This document shows positions 41,801 through 56,023 of a DNA stretch of 64,000 nucleotides, in pieces. This DNA comes from the human T2T-CHM13v2.0 reference genome, Homo sapiens. How positions within the stretch are numbered: the first letter of the stretch is position 1; each line of letters begins with the position of its first letter. A program made the translations under genes and the position numbers. The stretch is taken from NCBI RefSeq assembly GCF_009914755.1, contig NC_060930.1. The stretch is one strand, 5' to 3'. Under the pieces are notes generated by a model. It saw nothing but the letters and a program-made list of their open reading frames with translations, ran no database searches and was not told where the DNA came from.

Positions 41801-43329
41801 AAGGGACATGTATTATTTATAATTAGATTCAGCTTCAAGGTGACTAATATTAAAAAATAGTAGCTTAAACCAGGTAGAAGTTCATTTTTCTCTCATGTAA
41901 AAAAGGCCAGAGATGAAGAATTTAGTATTACTTTGGGGAATCCATATAATTGTCAGAGACTGGAGGTCCTTTATTTATGTCCCCTAGGACACAGATCTTG
42001 TCTGCATGGTCTGATATGTCTGCTTGAGTCCCAATTAACACACTTCCATTCCAAGAAACAAATGGAAAAAGGAGAAGGAAATGAAACTTTTAAAAACAAT
42101 TTTATTAAGGTATAAATTTCACGTGATAAAATGCACCTATTGTTTTTAGGTCAGTGAATTTTGACATATGTATATATTTGTGTTATGAAACCAAAATCAA
42201 GATTTAGAACATTTCCATCATTCCCAAAAGTTTTCTCATGTCTCAATCACTTTACTCTCTCAGATCTAAACAAATACTGATCTGTTTTCTATTGGTGTAG
42301 ATTAGTATTGCCTTTTTGAAATTTCACACAAATGGAATCACACAGTATCTAATCTTTTGTGTCTGGTTTCTTTCTTACATAATGTTTTTGAGATTTATCA
42401 GTGATTTTGTGTGTCTTGGTAGAGTGTCCCTCTTTATTGCTGCATAGCATTTATGAGTTGTACCACATAAAATTCCCAGTAATTTTTCTTTGCCTAGTCT
42501 TGTGACTTATCACCCTATACATGTGAAGTTTAGTATTCAACCAAGTATTCAAGGAGATCACCTGTATAGATTTCTAAGTCCTTTTTATACATATCTCACT
42601 TCTCTCCTGAATTATGCCCGACAAATTCCAGATGTCCAGCAATCTCTATTTCTTCAGCTCAGTGACATAGCTGGTCTCTAAATTTTCCCATCTTCTCCAA
42701 TATCTAGAATATTTTAACCAATATCTAGATATATTCACCAATATCTAGAAATATTCAGATAGAACACTGGGGCCACTATTGGGGTTTGCCTCATTTGCTT
42801 TCCCTCTCTTTGGGGGTCATAATTATTTTGTAAAATGTCCAAAAAGAGGCACATATTTAACTGTTTTATAGTTGTTTTTATGGGGTGAGCTAGTCTGTTT
42901 TGAGTTATTCCATATTGACTAGAAGCGAAGAGAAAGACCCTTGATATTTAAGTAGACTTTCCAAAAGTTCCACTCAGTATGTCTGCTTACATCTAATTGG
43001 TCAGAACTTAAATTCATGACTACACTTACTTACAAAAGAGAATTGGATGTATAGTAATATATGTACTTGATAATGTAATCAGCTGCAATAGAGTTCTACT
43101 ATAAAAGAAGTAGAAAGAGTGGAAATTGGAGGGCAACCAGTAGTTGTATAAAAATTATATGATTTTTCTCTTTGATTTAGATCAAATATACAAGAATATT
43201 TCCAGGAAAAAAAAAAGGATAAACCGTTTGGGAAAATGGAGAGACAAAAACCACATCAGAGGCAATAAAAATTGTGATGCACAAATAAAAGAAAGCCCAA
43301 TTGCTCTGGCAATTAAGAAAATTAAAATT

Positions 43330-45707
<2,378 letters not shown>

Positions 45708-45722
45708 AAGAAAATTTAAATT

Positions 45723-46090
45723 AAAACCACAACAATATGAGGAAAATCATTAAAAAGGATAGCAATAAAATGTTGGAAAGAATATAAAGCAATGTAAATT
45801 AACTGAGAGTTGAAGTTTAAATTAGTACAATTACTTTAAAATGCAATTTATATATGTCTAGTATAAATGGAAATACATGTAATATCTATTCTAGCCACTC
45901 CATTTCTAGGCATTCACCTTAAAGAAACTCTTCCACAGGAATACAAGGAAATTTATATGAGGATGTTAAGCAATACTCTTTGTAATAGCAAAAAAATAAA
46001 AAAGTGAGCTCAAAATGTATAAATAAAATGTAAATAACAATTTTATGTCATTCAAGGGAACACTTCATAGCAGTGGAAATGAGCTAAAAG
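45723..46090 (+). mobile_element. Old L1ME-like fragment that hosts the inverted L1PA (continues from ~43200-43329)
   Basis: Removing the young L1 restores 'aattaagaaaattaaaattaaaaccacaa', and 'ctagccactccatttctaggcatt' follows. Confidence 0.6.
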
Positions 46091-47739
46091 GAGCTTTCAT
46101 TGAACAGATTTTCTGCTGACTCATGTTAGTGTGTATCCTCTTAATATGCAGGTCTGTTTGTGTTTCTTGGCAAGAGAGTTGGACTGAAAAATCGGAGACA
46201 TTAGGGCAAGAACATCTTCCCCAGAGGTGCAAGGGTGATTAGCAAGTCGTGTTGAGGTGACTCTACTCTCAGGTGCAAAACATATAGGTTGTTTTAGTCA
46301 GGTGCTATAATTACCCTTGAGAACTTTTGACTCTAACAGTTGGCCTCCACAAAGCTACAAGAGTATTGCCCCACTCATGTTCCAAAAATAGTTTTACACA
46401 GACCAGCTGATTCCCCCTTGTTACACTGATATAATGGATTTGTCTATAAGCTTTGCCTCAGGTTCCACTAGAATAGAAGACTTTTTTCCCAAATATCTTT
46501 TTTTTCTAGCTTCTGTCTACTAAGGCACTGGACAAAGACATTTCTATTTTAAAGATCTCAGCTACAGTATATGCAAGCTTTCCATCAGGATCCAACAACC
46601 AGCCATTATTGGATTAGTAGCAGGAAGCAGTAAGTGACAGGGTATCATGCTGTTGTTGAGGCTGTTTATTTTTTCAGGGCTTACAAATTTATAACTCCCA
46701 ATTTGCTTTCTCATCTAGAAACTAAACCAAATGCAAATCATTAAAGTATTATAAGACATTGGGAATAACATTTAGAGTTTTACCAAATATTAGGAGAAAT
46801 TCTTATTTTGAAAATATTGATAGTACTAAAGATGCTGGTCCTCGTAAGTACCTGTTATACTGGCAACATATCTGCACTTTATTGCTATGTATTCTGAGCC
46901 ACATTGCCAATGACATCAAAGCCCCTCCTTTGCCAATGTAATTACACAGGTAGTAAATACAATATGCCACCTACATAATACAATAATTGTCTAGTGATTG
47001 CAGCTTTTTCAATTGTATCCACCATGCTCCCTCACTGGAAAGTTAGCTTTAGTGTTAAGAATAGAAATCTATTTTCACTATGAAAAGAGTATGTTACCTG
47101 AATCACTCCATTCTTTCGCATGCTCAATATAGATTTAAACAAAACAAATCAAAGCAAAACCTCTGAATGTATGAATAACCTTCTAAAAAAATGCCAAAAA
47201 TATACAGCAAGGCATTGTACTACCTACTCATCAAAGTCACCCACAGAGAAGACAATCAAACTGTTTTTTCCATTACTGAACAGAGTTGGAGTTGTTAAAA
47301 AAAAAATAAAGCCAAAACATTTTTTTGAAAAGGAACATCCACTGGCATTATAAAATATGAATCTACTCTTGAAATTGCAAATCAAGCCAGTGAAAATAGT
47401 CCAGATGAACTGGCAATAAAAATTAGGCATTATGTCTGTTTTTAACATTGACAACACCCAATATTCCTACATAATTTATATCACAAATGTACTAAAAAGT
47501 TATTTAAAATAATAATGCCTTATACATAGAAAAAATCGGTTTCTGAAAAGACAGTGCTTTATTATGCACCATTCCTGGAACAATATTTGAGTTCAATAAA
47601 GCCAGAATAGTGCATTCTGAACATCCTATATTTCTGTTTTATTTTTTTGATGATCTCTGAATAGCTATTATATAAACTTTCACTTTTTAAATACTCAATT
47701 ATTATCAAACAGCAATATATATTAATATAAGAGAGGCAT

Positions 47740-47917
47740 TTCTAATGCAATGATTCCAGATTGACATTAGTATCACCTGGGGAAGTTTTAAAAGCCCAAT
47801 ACCCATGTCATGCCTCACATTAATTAAATCAAAATGTGTGGGAGGCAACACAGGTGTCAGTTTTTAAACATTCCCCAGGTGATTCAAATGTGCAGTAAGC
47901 TTTGGTGATCACTGCCA
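47740..47917. mobile_element. MER5-type hAT-Charlie non-autonomous DNA transposon
   Basis: 'cattagtatcacctgggga…ttccccaggtgattcaaatg…gatcactgcc' shows the internal inverted symmetry typical of MER5. Confidence 0.75.
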
Positions 47918-48447
47918 TAATATGTGTAATCACACAATAGTTTGAATAAATGCCATTTTATTTATTTTAGCTATGCATGGTACTCTAACTTATTTTTTCA
48001 AGAAATTCTGAATAAACTGTTTCAAAAAATTCTGAATGAATTGTTTTTTGTTGTTTATAGCCCAAATATCAGTATTTTCTTCACTTTCCCAAGTTAGTCT
48101 AAGTTTTCAAAACTGGGTTTAAAACCACTGCCTTAATTGGTAGCTAACTGTCCAATAATCCTTTCTAAGCCTACTGGAATAACAAGATACAACTAAATGA
48201 CCAGACAAAACTCATTTGTAATCTACAGTGTTATTTTCATATAACTAGTATACTAGATTATTTTCAAATAGTTGTTTCTTCAGGATTGTTTCCTGAAATC
48301 ACATTAGTATCATTAAAATACTTATATAACATCTTCTGTTCATAGCACAAAAATGCATTTCAAATAAGCATGAGAAATTATCACAATTTAAAAATAAAGT
48401 GGATTGTATTGTGACAGAAGACAGATCTTTTTAATTGCTTACTGTGT

Positions 48448-48815
48448 TATATTAGTCCATTTTCACACAGCTGTAAAGAACTACCCTAAGACTGGGTAAA
48501 CTAAAAAGGACAGAGGTTTGTTTAATTGACTCACAGTTCTGCATGGCTGGGGTGGTCTCAGGAAATTCACAGTCACGGAGGAAGGGGAAGCGGGCACATT
48601 CTTCACAAGGTGGCAGAAGCGAGTGAGAGTGAGTGAAGTTGGAAGAGCCCCTTACATAAACCATCAGATCTTGCGAGAACTCACTCACTATCACGAGAAC
48701 AGCATGGGGGAACCGCCCCGTAATCCAATCACCTCCAGTCAGGTCCTTCCCTCCACACCTGGGGATTACAATGCAAGATGAGATTCAGGTGGGGACACAA
48801 AGCCAAACCACATCT
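48448..48815 (-). mobile_element. THE1D/MSTA-type MaLR solo LTR
   Basis: 'tatattagtccattttcacac…ggtggggacacaaagccaaaccacatct'; perfect 5-bp TSD tgtgt at 48443-48447 and 48816-48820. Confidence 0.93.
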
Positions 48816-51800
48816 TGTGTCTTTGACTATTCAACCACCTTTTACTGTCTGATGGGATTTAAAAGTTAATATCTAAATGGTAAGACAAATGTAATGCCCA
48901 CTAATCTCCTGATCATGGAATTTGATGTATATAAGTCTGAAGTTAGTTAACACCGTAAGTTTCCAACCCATGACTAAAAATTCTCCTATATAAATGACGT
49001 TAGAATAGCGCAAAAAATAGATGTCTTTTTTCATATTGAAAGTCTGGATATAACATCTAAAAATATCTTTATTTCAAACCTATTTTCAATCAATGAATTT
49101 TGTCATGTGAATATTTACAGATTAGTAATTTGAAATTATAGGTTTTGCAAACAAACTGAAGTCCAAAATTAATCTGAGAGCATGAGAGCACAACATTTGC
49201 TAGTAGCAAAGCTGGGTCAGAGGCCTTAATTTTATGACATCCTACATGATAGTACCTTCATAGCCCAGACAATGGAAGATCATAAATGTGGTGCAAGCTG
49301 ATGAAAAATCTTGTCTTCTAAACTATAAATAATAGCCTTATAATGCGAAAAGACCTGAAAATTAGTCAAAAGCCCACCTGAATATAGACAGAATGAGTAA
49401 GAACCAGAAGTAAAACAAAAACAACAAAATTACCGAATGATCCCTTTATAGCTGGGTTCCAAAAGGTACAAACTTTGTACTCTTTAAGAGATATTAGGGA
49501 ACTAATTTCATTGTTATTGTACTTCTAGGGCCCAAATCACAGTAGAGAGCATTCACTTCAGAGCAAGGATAATATGCAACCAGAACACATCTGGTTAAAC
49601 ATATTGTTTTTTTGTGTCAGCAACTGTTCTGATTAACCATGGCATTTTGAAGGCTAGTCAAGGAACCCAGGGTAATAGCTTTGTTCCCAAGCCTTACCCA
49701 TTTATTAGATACTTTGTATATCACTCCTGCTAACAACACTATCAAAAAGCCCACAGTTTAAAAAAATGCTCTATGAAGACAATTATTACATTAAATAAGA
49801 AAAAAACAAAAAAGACAAAAGGCTAATACCACTGAAGTTCTATTGTTAAATCACAAGAATCTGCTAGACTATAGAAACAAATGTGTAGTAGTAATGTTTA
49901 AAGAAGTAGGCTTTGACACATGTGAAATGTTTTAAGCAAAAATAAATTTCCAAGCTGCTTGCATCATTTTAATGATAAAGTTAAATGCTAATCTCATTTC
50001 AGTATTCACAATGCTAGAATACATATAAGCTTTTACTTATCAACATACAATATTAGTGGCTTCTGAAGATTATAAAACATAATAAACTACTTTGACCCTG
50101 AGAAATCACACTTGCAAATGTATTACATAAACAGAACATTTATGTCCCTGGAATATATTTTTATTACAAAGTTAGTTCACTCTATATCATTTATAAATTT
50201 AGTTAAACTTTGTAGCTCTAAATATCTTATTGGTTATCCTACACAGCAGATGGTTTATAGAATATTCATAAGGTGAAGAAAATTTAAAATCATAATTTAG
50301 TATTGCTAAACCTTATCCCAAGATAATTAAGAATAAATGAAAGTCCTTTAATTTGACTTCTTTATATGTCATAATAAAATTATGTGGCATTAGTGTGGCA
50401 TTTAGTAGGACACAGCAATATGCCAATTGTATTGATAAATACTTGCAGATGTTGAAGATTAAAGAAGCATCATTGTAGTCCAATTGATAATTTTTGAGCT
50501 GTGGGGGTCTTGTGACCCAATTTAATTTTTCACCTTTATTCTTTTATTTTTAGATCAATCGGTATCTTAAAAGCATTAAGTAAAAACACAAAATTCTTTG
50601 CTTTCAATACTTGCTGGAATTTAGAGTGACATGTTGTAAAAATGCTCCCCATGAAACACTTCTTTAACATTCTGGTGACTGAAGGAGCCTCCAGGCATCT
50701 GGCCTTCTATTCACTGTTTATTAGATGGTTCATTCTTAACACAGACTTTTATTTTTGAAGCATGATCTAATGAGCTAAACTAAAATGAAAATGAAATGAT
50801 TCCCTTGGTAAGAATGCTGTTAATAAATACAGACGTAATGATGCTGAGTGGCAAGATTAAAGAAAGTTTGTCCCAGATTTGAATGAGGATTGTTAATTCT
50901 TGCTGGAACTACTCAGTGTTGGATTTTTCAAAAGCAAAAGTGGAATATTTCAGCAAATTTGTGACAGATTTCATCTGTTAATCAATCCGGGAAGATATTA
51001 GAGACAGATGATGTGATGGTGACAGATCACGCTCAGAATAAGGCATGATTTTTCCACTAGATTTTACTTCTAGTCAGCTCTTCTTTCAGATGAAAATGCG
51101 TCGCTTTTAAAACAAGAGAACCTAGACTGAATTATCTTGTTGGCAAGCTAGAAAATGCATATTTGTTGCCAATCTGAAATACCATAACTTAATAACTTAG
51201 AATTTCTCCAAGCGATGTACTTCCCACATCACCACACGCTTCAAGATCCATAGTAGCATTCCAAGCAAGGTCAAGGTAGGATATTAACTGAAAGAGGAAA
51301 AGGAGGGACTCCATTTCCCCTAGAAGAAATGACACAAACAAAAGAGCAGATATATGAAGGTAAAAAGTACTTTCGGAAAATGAAGCCACATTCAGTGTGC
51401 CTGAAAGGTATGGTTCATGGTTGGAAATAAAAATAGAAAGCAGTTTTTATGCTGATAGTCAAAGCCTTGTATGTGAGACTAAGGCATTTGACGTTTATTT
51501 TCTGGGAAATATGTAGTCACTGAATGTTTTTGAATAGAGTGGGAACGCAACTCTTAACAAAGGAGGGGGTCTGTGGAAGATTAGATTGACAGGTATGTGC
51601 AGGAAAGATTGAAGGAGAAATCTTATATTTTACTTTTGTCAAATTTTTGGTAAAAGTTTGAAGTACTGACTAAAGATATAGCAAGAACATTATCCCCAAA
51701 TGAGAGAATATGGCTCATTTTTATTTAATCTCTCATATTTAGAATCACCAGACATAAGGGTACCCTGGAAAAGTGAGGAAATAAAAAGGCTATATCATTA

Positions 51801-52912
51801 CTAGTAGCTAGTTTTGATTTCCTGCTTGGTATCAATGCAAGGTTAATTTTAATATTGAACACAATTGCATTTTTTTAAACTTGTGACTCTAACAGAATTT
51901 AACTGATCCATTACTAAGGCAACTTGATATATATATAACCAATAATATATAGAGACAATTCTAAATAGGCCTTCTTCTTCCTTTTCCTGTATAGAACATT
52001 GTCATTTTTGGAAGAAATAGAAAACAAACAAATAAACATCTTTGACCTTTAAAAGTTGGCAAATAATTCATATCTCTAGAAAACCAAACAAATTTCACTT
52101 TCATCAATTTTGCATTCAAATTTTTTTTTATTAAAAGAACCTTAAGAATTTTCTAAAGAATAGTGAAGATGTTGAATACATCTAATAGGTATGGGCTTCC
52201 TGTTCTAGGGGTGAGTAATATTCCTATGACCTCTAAGTAACTGATCAACTGAGAAAGGATTCTAAAAGGAAAATACTATGGTAAGTCTGCAGCGTGCAAA
52301 TATGGTGATGGTTTTATTTCAAATAAAACAAGTCCCCAAGAGAAGTAAATTCTCAGCAGTTAGTGGCTTCTCTTAAGAGGCAGTATGGTTTGGAATCTTA
52401 AGACTCCAAATCAAGATCGACACATTGACTAACAAAAATTTCCTTCTTGGTTAAATAATAGTTAATATCCTACCGTTCCAATAATGTGTTGAGAGGATTG
52501 AATACATTATTTAAAATAAAAGTAATATTTCAACTGTTGCACCTTTCCCTATAAGCTAACACTATTCTATAAAAATCTTTTATAAGAAAATAAAATTATT
52601 ACTAATATTAGTAATAGACATAGCAATACATAAATCATAAGAGCTATCATGTATTGAATGCTCATCTTATGCCACTATCAGCTAAGAAAATATATATTAT
52701 TGTTTGTAATTCTCAAAGTAATCCTATCAGGTTGGTGTCATTATCCACACCCATTTTAGAAATGAAGACTAGGAGGTTCACAGAGATCAAACAGCTTGCC
52801 CATGCCCATACATTTAGTCAGGAGCAGGAGCTGGCTGCAGTCCCATGTCATTGTTTCCTTCTGCCGGGTGCAGCAGTAATTCTTCTGGTATATGACCTAC
52901 AAAGAAACATAA

Positions 52913-53113
<201 letters not shown>

Positions 53114-53448
53114 TAATTTAGAAGAAATATGATAAAATAATTATGTACATTATTAGAACAGTTGCTTACCAAATTCATGTCTGGCTCAAATATGAGGAGG
53201 AGAGCTAGAATGTCAGTGTTAGGATACTCACAGTTCCTGCCGGATTGTAACAATGGGATTCCTTATAAAGATGGAGCCCATCAGGATTGTGTTGCTCCCC
53301 TGATCTAGGTTCTATATGAAACCATGCAAATAAGGAATTGGAAAACACCATTTACTTATAAGTTGTATTAACAGTAAATTCAATGCCAGGGAATTGTGTA
53401 TCGCACTGGCTAAAGCCAGAACTATGCTTCTTAAAAATCTGCCTCCCA

Positions 53449-53639
53449 CTCGGAGGTTACAGTGAGCCGAGATCGGGCCACTGCACTCCAGCCTGGGCGA
53501 CAGAGTGAGACTCCATCTCAAAAAAAAAAAAAAAAAGTAAAGTACACACAGGTATCTTATGATAGATGTAGATGGAAATTAAGTCTGCTATATTCAGCAA
53601 TTGAAGAAAGCCTGTCACAACTCAAGACTATTAGAAAAA
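53449..53639 (+). mobile_element. Severely 5'-truncated Alu + A tail + 98-bp non-Alu sequence + short A run, bounded by one TSD
   Basis: TSD aaaaatctgcctccca at 53433-53448 and 53640-53655. Alu 3' end 53451-53519, A tail to 53536, extra sequence 53537-53634. Confidence 0.9.
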
Positions 53640-54727
53640 AAAAATCTGCCTCCCATTGCTTAAACACAATACTCTTTTCATTATGGCACTCTGGGCTCTT
53701 CATATTTTGACTCCACTTACCTTTATAGCCTCATTGTCTTCCATATATCACCAGCCATCCTAAGTTAACAAAACCACTCTCCAGTCCCAGAATAGGTTGG
53801 GCCTTTTCATTGTATTTCTATTCCATTTGCTAGTACCTCAGGTAAAATATATTTTTTCTCTTCTCTATTTTAAAATATTTATCAAGGCCAAACACAAAAG
53901 CTAGCTCTCTCCGCTGTGATTAATGCATGTTATTTGTGCCTATCATTTGTATCATTCTGCTTTTTAAAAATAATTTGTAATTTACAAACTCTTATTTTCC
54001 TTCCTTCAATGCCTCATATAGAACTTACCACTTTTCAGACTGTGATAACATTTGTTGCACATAACCAAATGTTTTCCAGAACAAAGTAATGATTGCACTC
54101 TGGTAAGATCAGCTCATACCTGTGTATCCTTTGGGGTAGCATATTTTAAACCAAAGGTTGACATGAAACTCTTTTCCAAAGTAGGTAACCCAGAATGATC
54201 CACGGACTCAGAAATATGTTGAAGGAGGTTGAAAGTTGGTAGGCTGAAAATACAGAGACAGAATAATTTCTCTTGTTCTATCTAGTTTCCAGAGAGCTGA
54301 GAAATAATCAATGAATCACAATTTCAAGGTGGCAAAGACAAAGAAGGGTATTCTAAAATAGTGTCTAATAATGAAAGGCGCATGCAGCTACAGGTAGTTT
54401 TGGTGTATATTGAAATACCTTAGTGAGAATGATTAGTTTTAGAAGACATTTTTGAGAGAGTGTGGGAGAGGTGACTACAGATTGCTCAAAGATTTTTTGA
54501 AAGATGTTGCATTACATCCTGCATGGCAAAACTTCAATACCATTCTTTCCTCAAATGCTCAAGCATAATGTTTGGTTTCAAGCGTCATCAACAGCAGTAT
54601 CTAAACCCTTAGAACCTTGACTTCAGGCACTCCACCTTCATAGTCTCAAAGTTCACTTTAAACACTTTATATGCTTCATTGACTATATTATAAAACATTA
54701 TGTTATTCAATTTGTACTAGCTCATAA

Positions 54728-55115
54728 TTTTGTAGAAAAAGCCGGGTTCCTATCACACGACCAGGAAAATGTAGGCACATGACGTACTGTTAGGGTGACT
54801 AAGGAAGGGTTTATAGGGTAAAAAAGAGAAAAGGAAAAAGGGATTCTCAGCAAAGCAAGAGAGAGTCCTGCTAGCAGGTCTCCCGCTTCACAGATTGCAT
54901 CCCAGGTCACCACTGAGGAACTGAAGAGGCCAGGCTCCTCCCCACTGCAAAGGGCACAAACTCTCCGTCCTCTCAGTGCACAGGTAGGCATTATTTCAGC
55001 GGGGAAAGGGCCGGCTTCACCTATGACCAGCAGTCCGGTTTTTCACCCTTCAGTCTGTTTTAGGCTTGAAGACAGGGTTTTGCCGGGGACCCTTAGCTGT
55101 CTCCTGTCTCTATCA
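54728..55115 (-). mobile_element. 3' LTR (MER61-like)
   Basis: Aligns with 61018-61419 ('tcacacgaccaggaaaat', 'gaagaggccaggctcctc', 'tgtctctatca'). Confidence 0.88.
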
Positions 55116-55667
55116 TTCCTTGCTCTGAAGAAGTACATCTAACTGCCTTTAGAATAAAGGTAAGGATAAGGATGAAGACCGATTTTAACTGCTTCCTGCT
55201 GATAAGGGGCACTGTTTTGGGAAAACAGCAGTCAGATCTACCTCAGAGGCCTATCTAAGGGTTCGCTGGAAAAGGGGCCACCATCGTCTTGAGGCTCCGG
55301 TTGCATGACCCTTTGGAGCTTGATGGCGTGAAGCTGAGAAGAGACAAACCAGGTTATTAGAAAAGAATGTATTAAAACAAAACAAAGCGGCGGGGGCTGG
55401 GCGGGGGTGGGGAGAGGGTAAGGACAGCTCGAAAACCCCAAGGCCTTTTTCCGTTTGCACGGGGAGAGGAAGGCCAAATGCCTGGCTGGCAAAATCAACC
55501 TTTTGCCCTTTTGCCAACATGCCAGGCTTTTGGGTTCCCTCACCCCAAGCCCAATCCTAAGCCAACCAGTTTAAGGTTTGGGAAATTAACTTTTCCCAGT
55601 TTGAAGGATGCATCCGAGGGGAGTGTCTCATAGTACGGAGGCACAATTACTTATCAGTGAAGAGGGG

Positions 55668-56023
55668 TGATAAGGTTTGGCTATGCCCCACCCAAATCTC
55701 GTCTTGAATTGTAACTCCCACAATTCCTACATGTTGTGGGAGGGACCCAGTGGGAGGCAATTGAATCATGGGGGCGGGTCTTTTCCGTGTTATTCTCGTG
55801 ATAGTGAATAAGTCTCATGAGTTCTGATGGTGTTATAATGGGGTGTTTCCCTGTACAATTCTCTTCTCCTTCTGCTGCCATGTGAGATGTGCCTTTCACC
55901 TTCTGCCATGATTGTGAGGCCTCCCCAGACACGTGGAACTGTGAGTCCATTAAACCTCTTTCTTTTTTAAATTGCCCAGTCTTGGGTATGTCTTTATCAG
56001 CAGTGTGAAAACAAACTAATACA
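55668..56023 (+). mobile_element. THE1B solo LTR nested in the provirus
   Basis: 'tgataaggtttggct…aaacaaactaataca'; perfect TSD agggg at 55663-55667 and 56024-56028. Confidence 0.94.

Noticed and set aside
51140-51172. ttggcaa…ttgccaa as an NFI site or hairpin
   Set aside because: The spacing is far longer than the 5-bp NFI spacer and the stem is only 7 bp.
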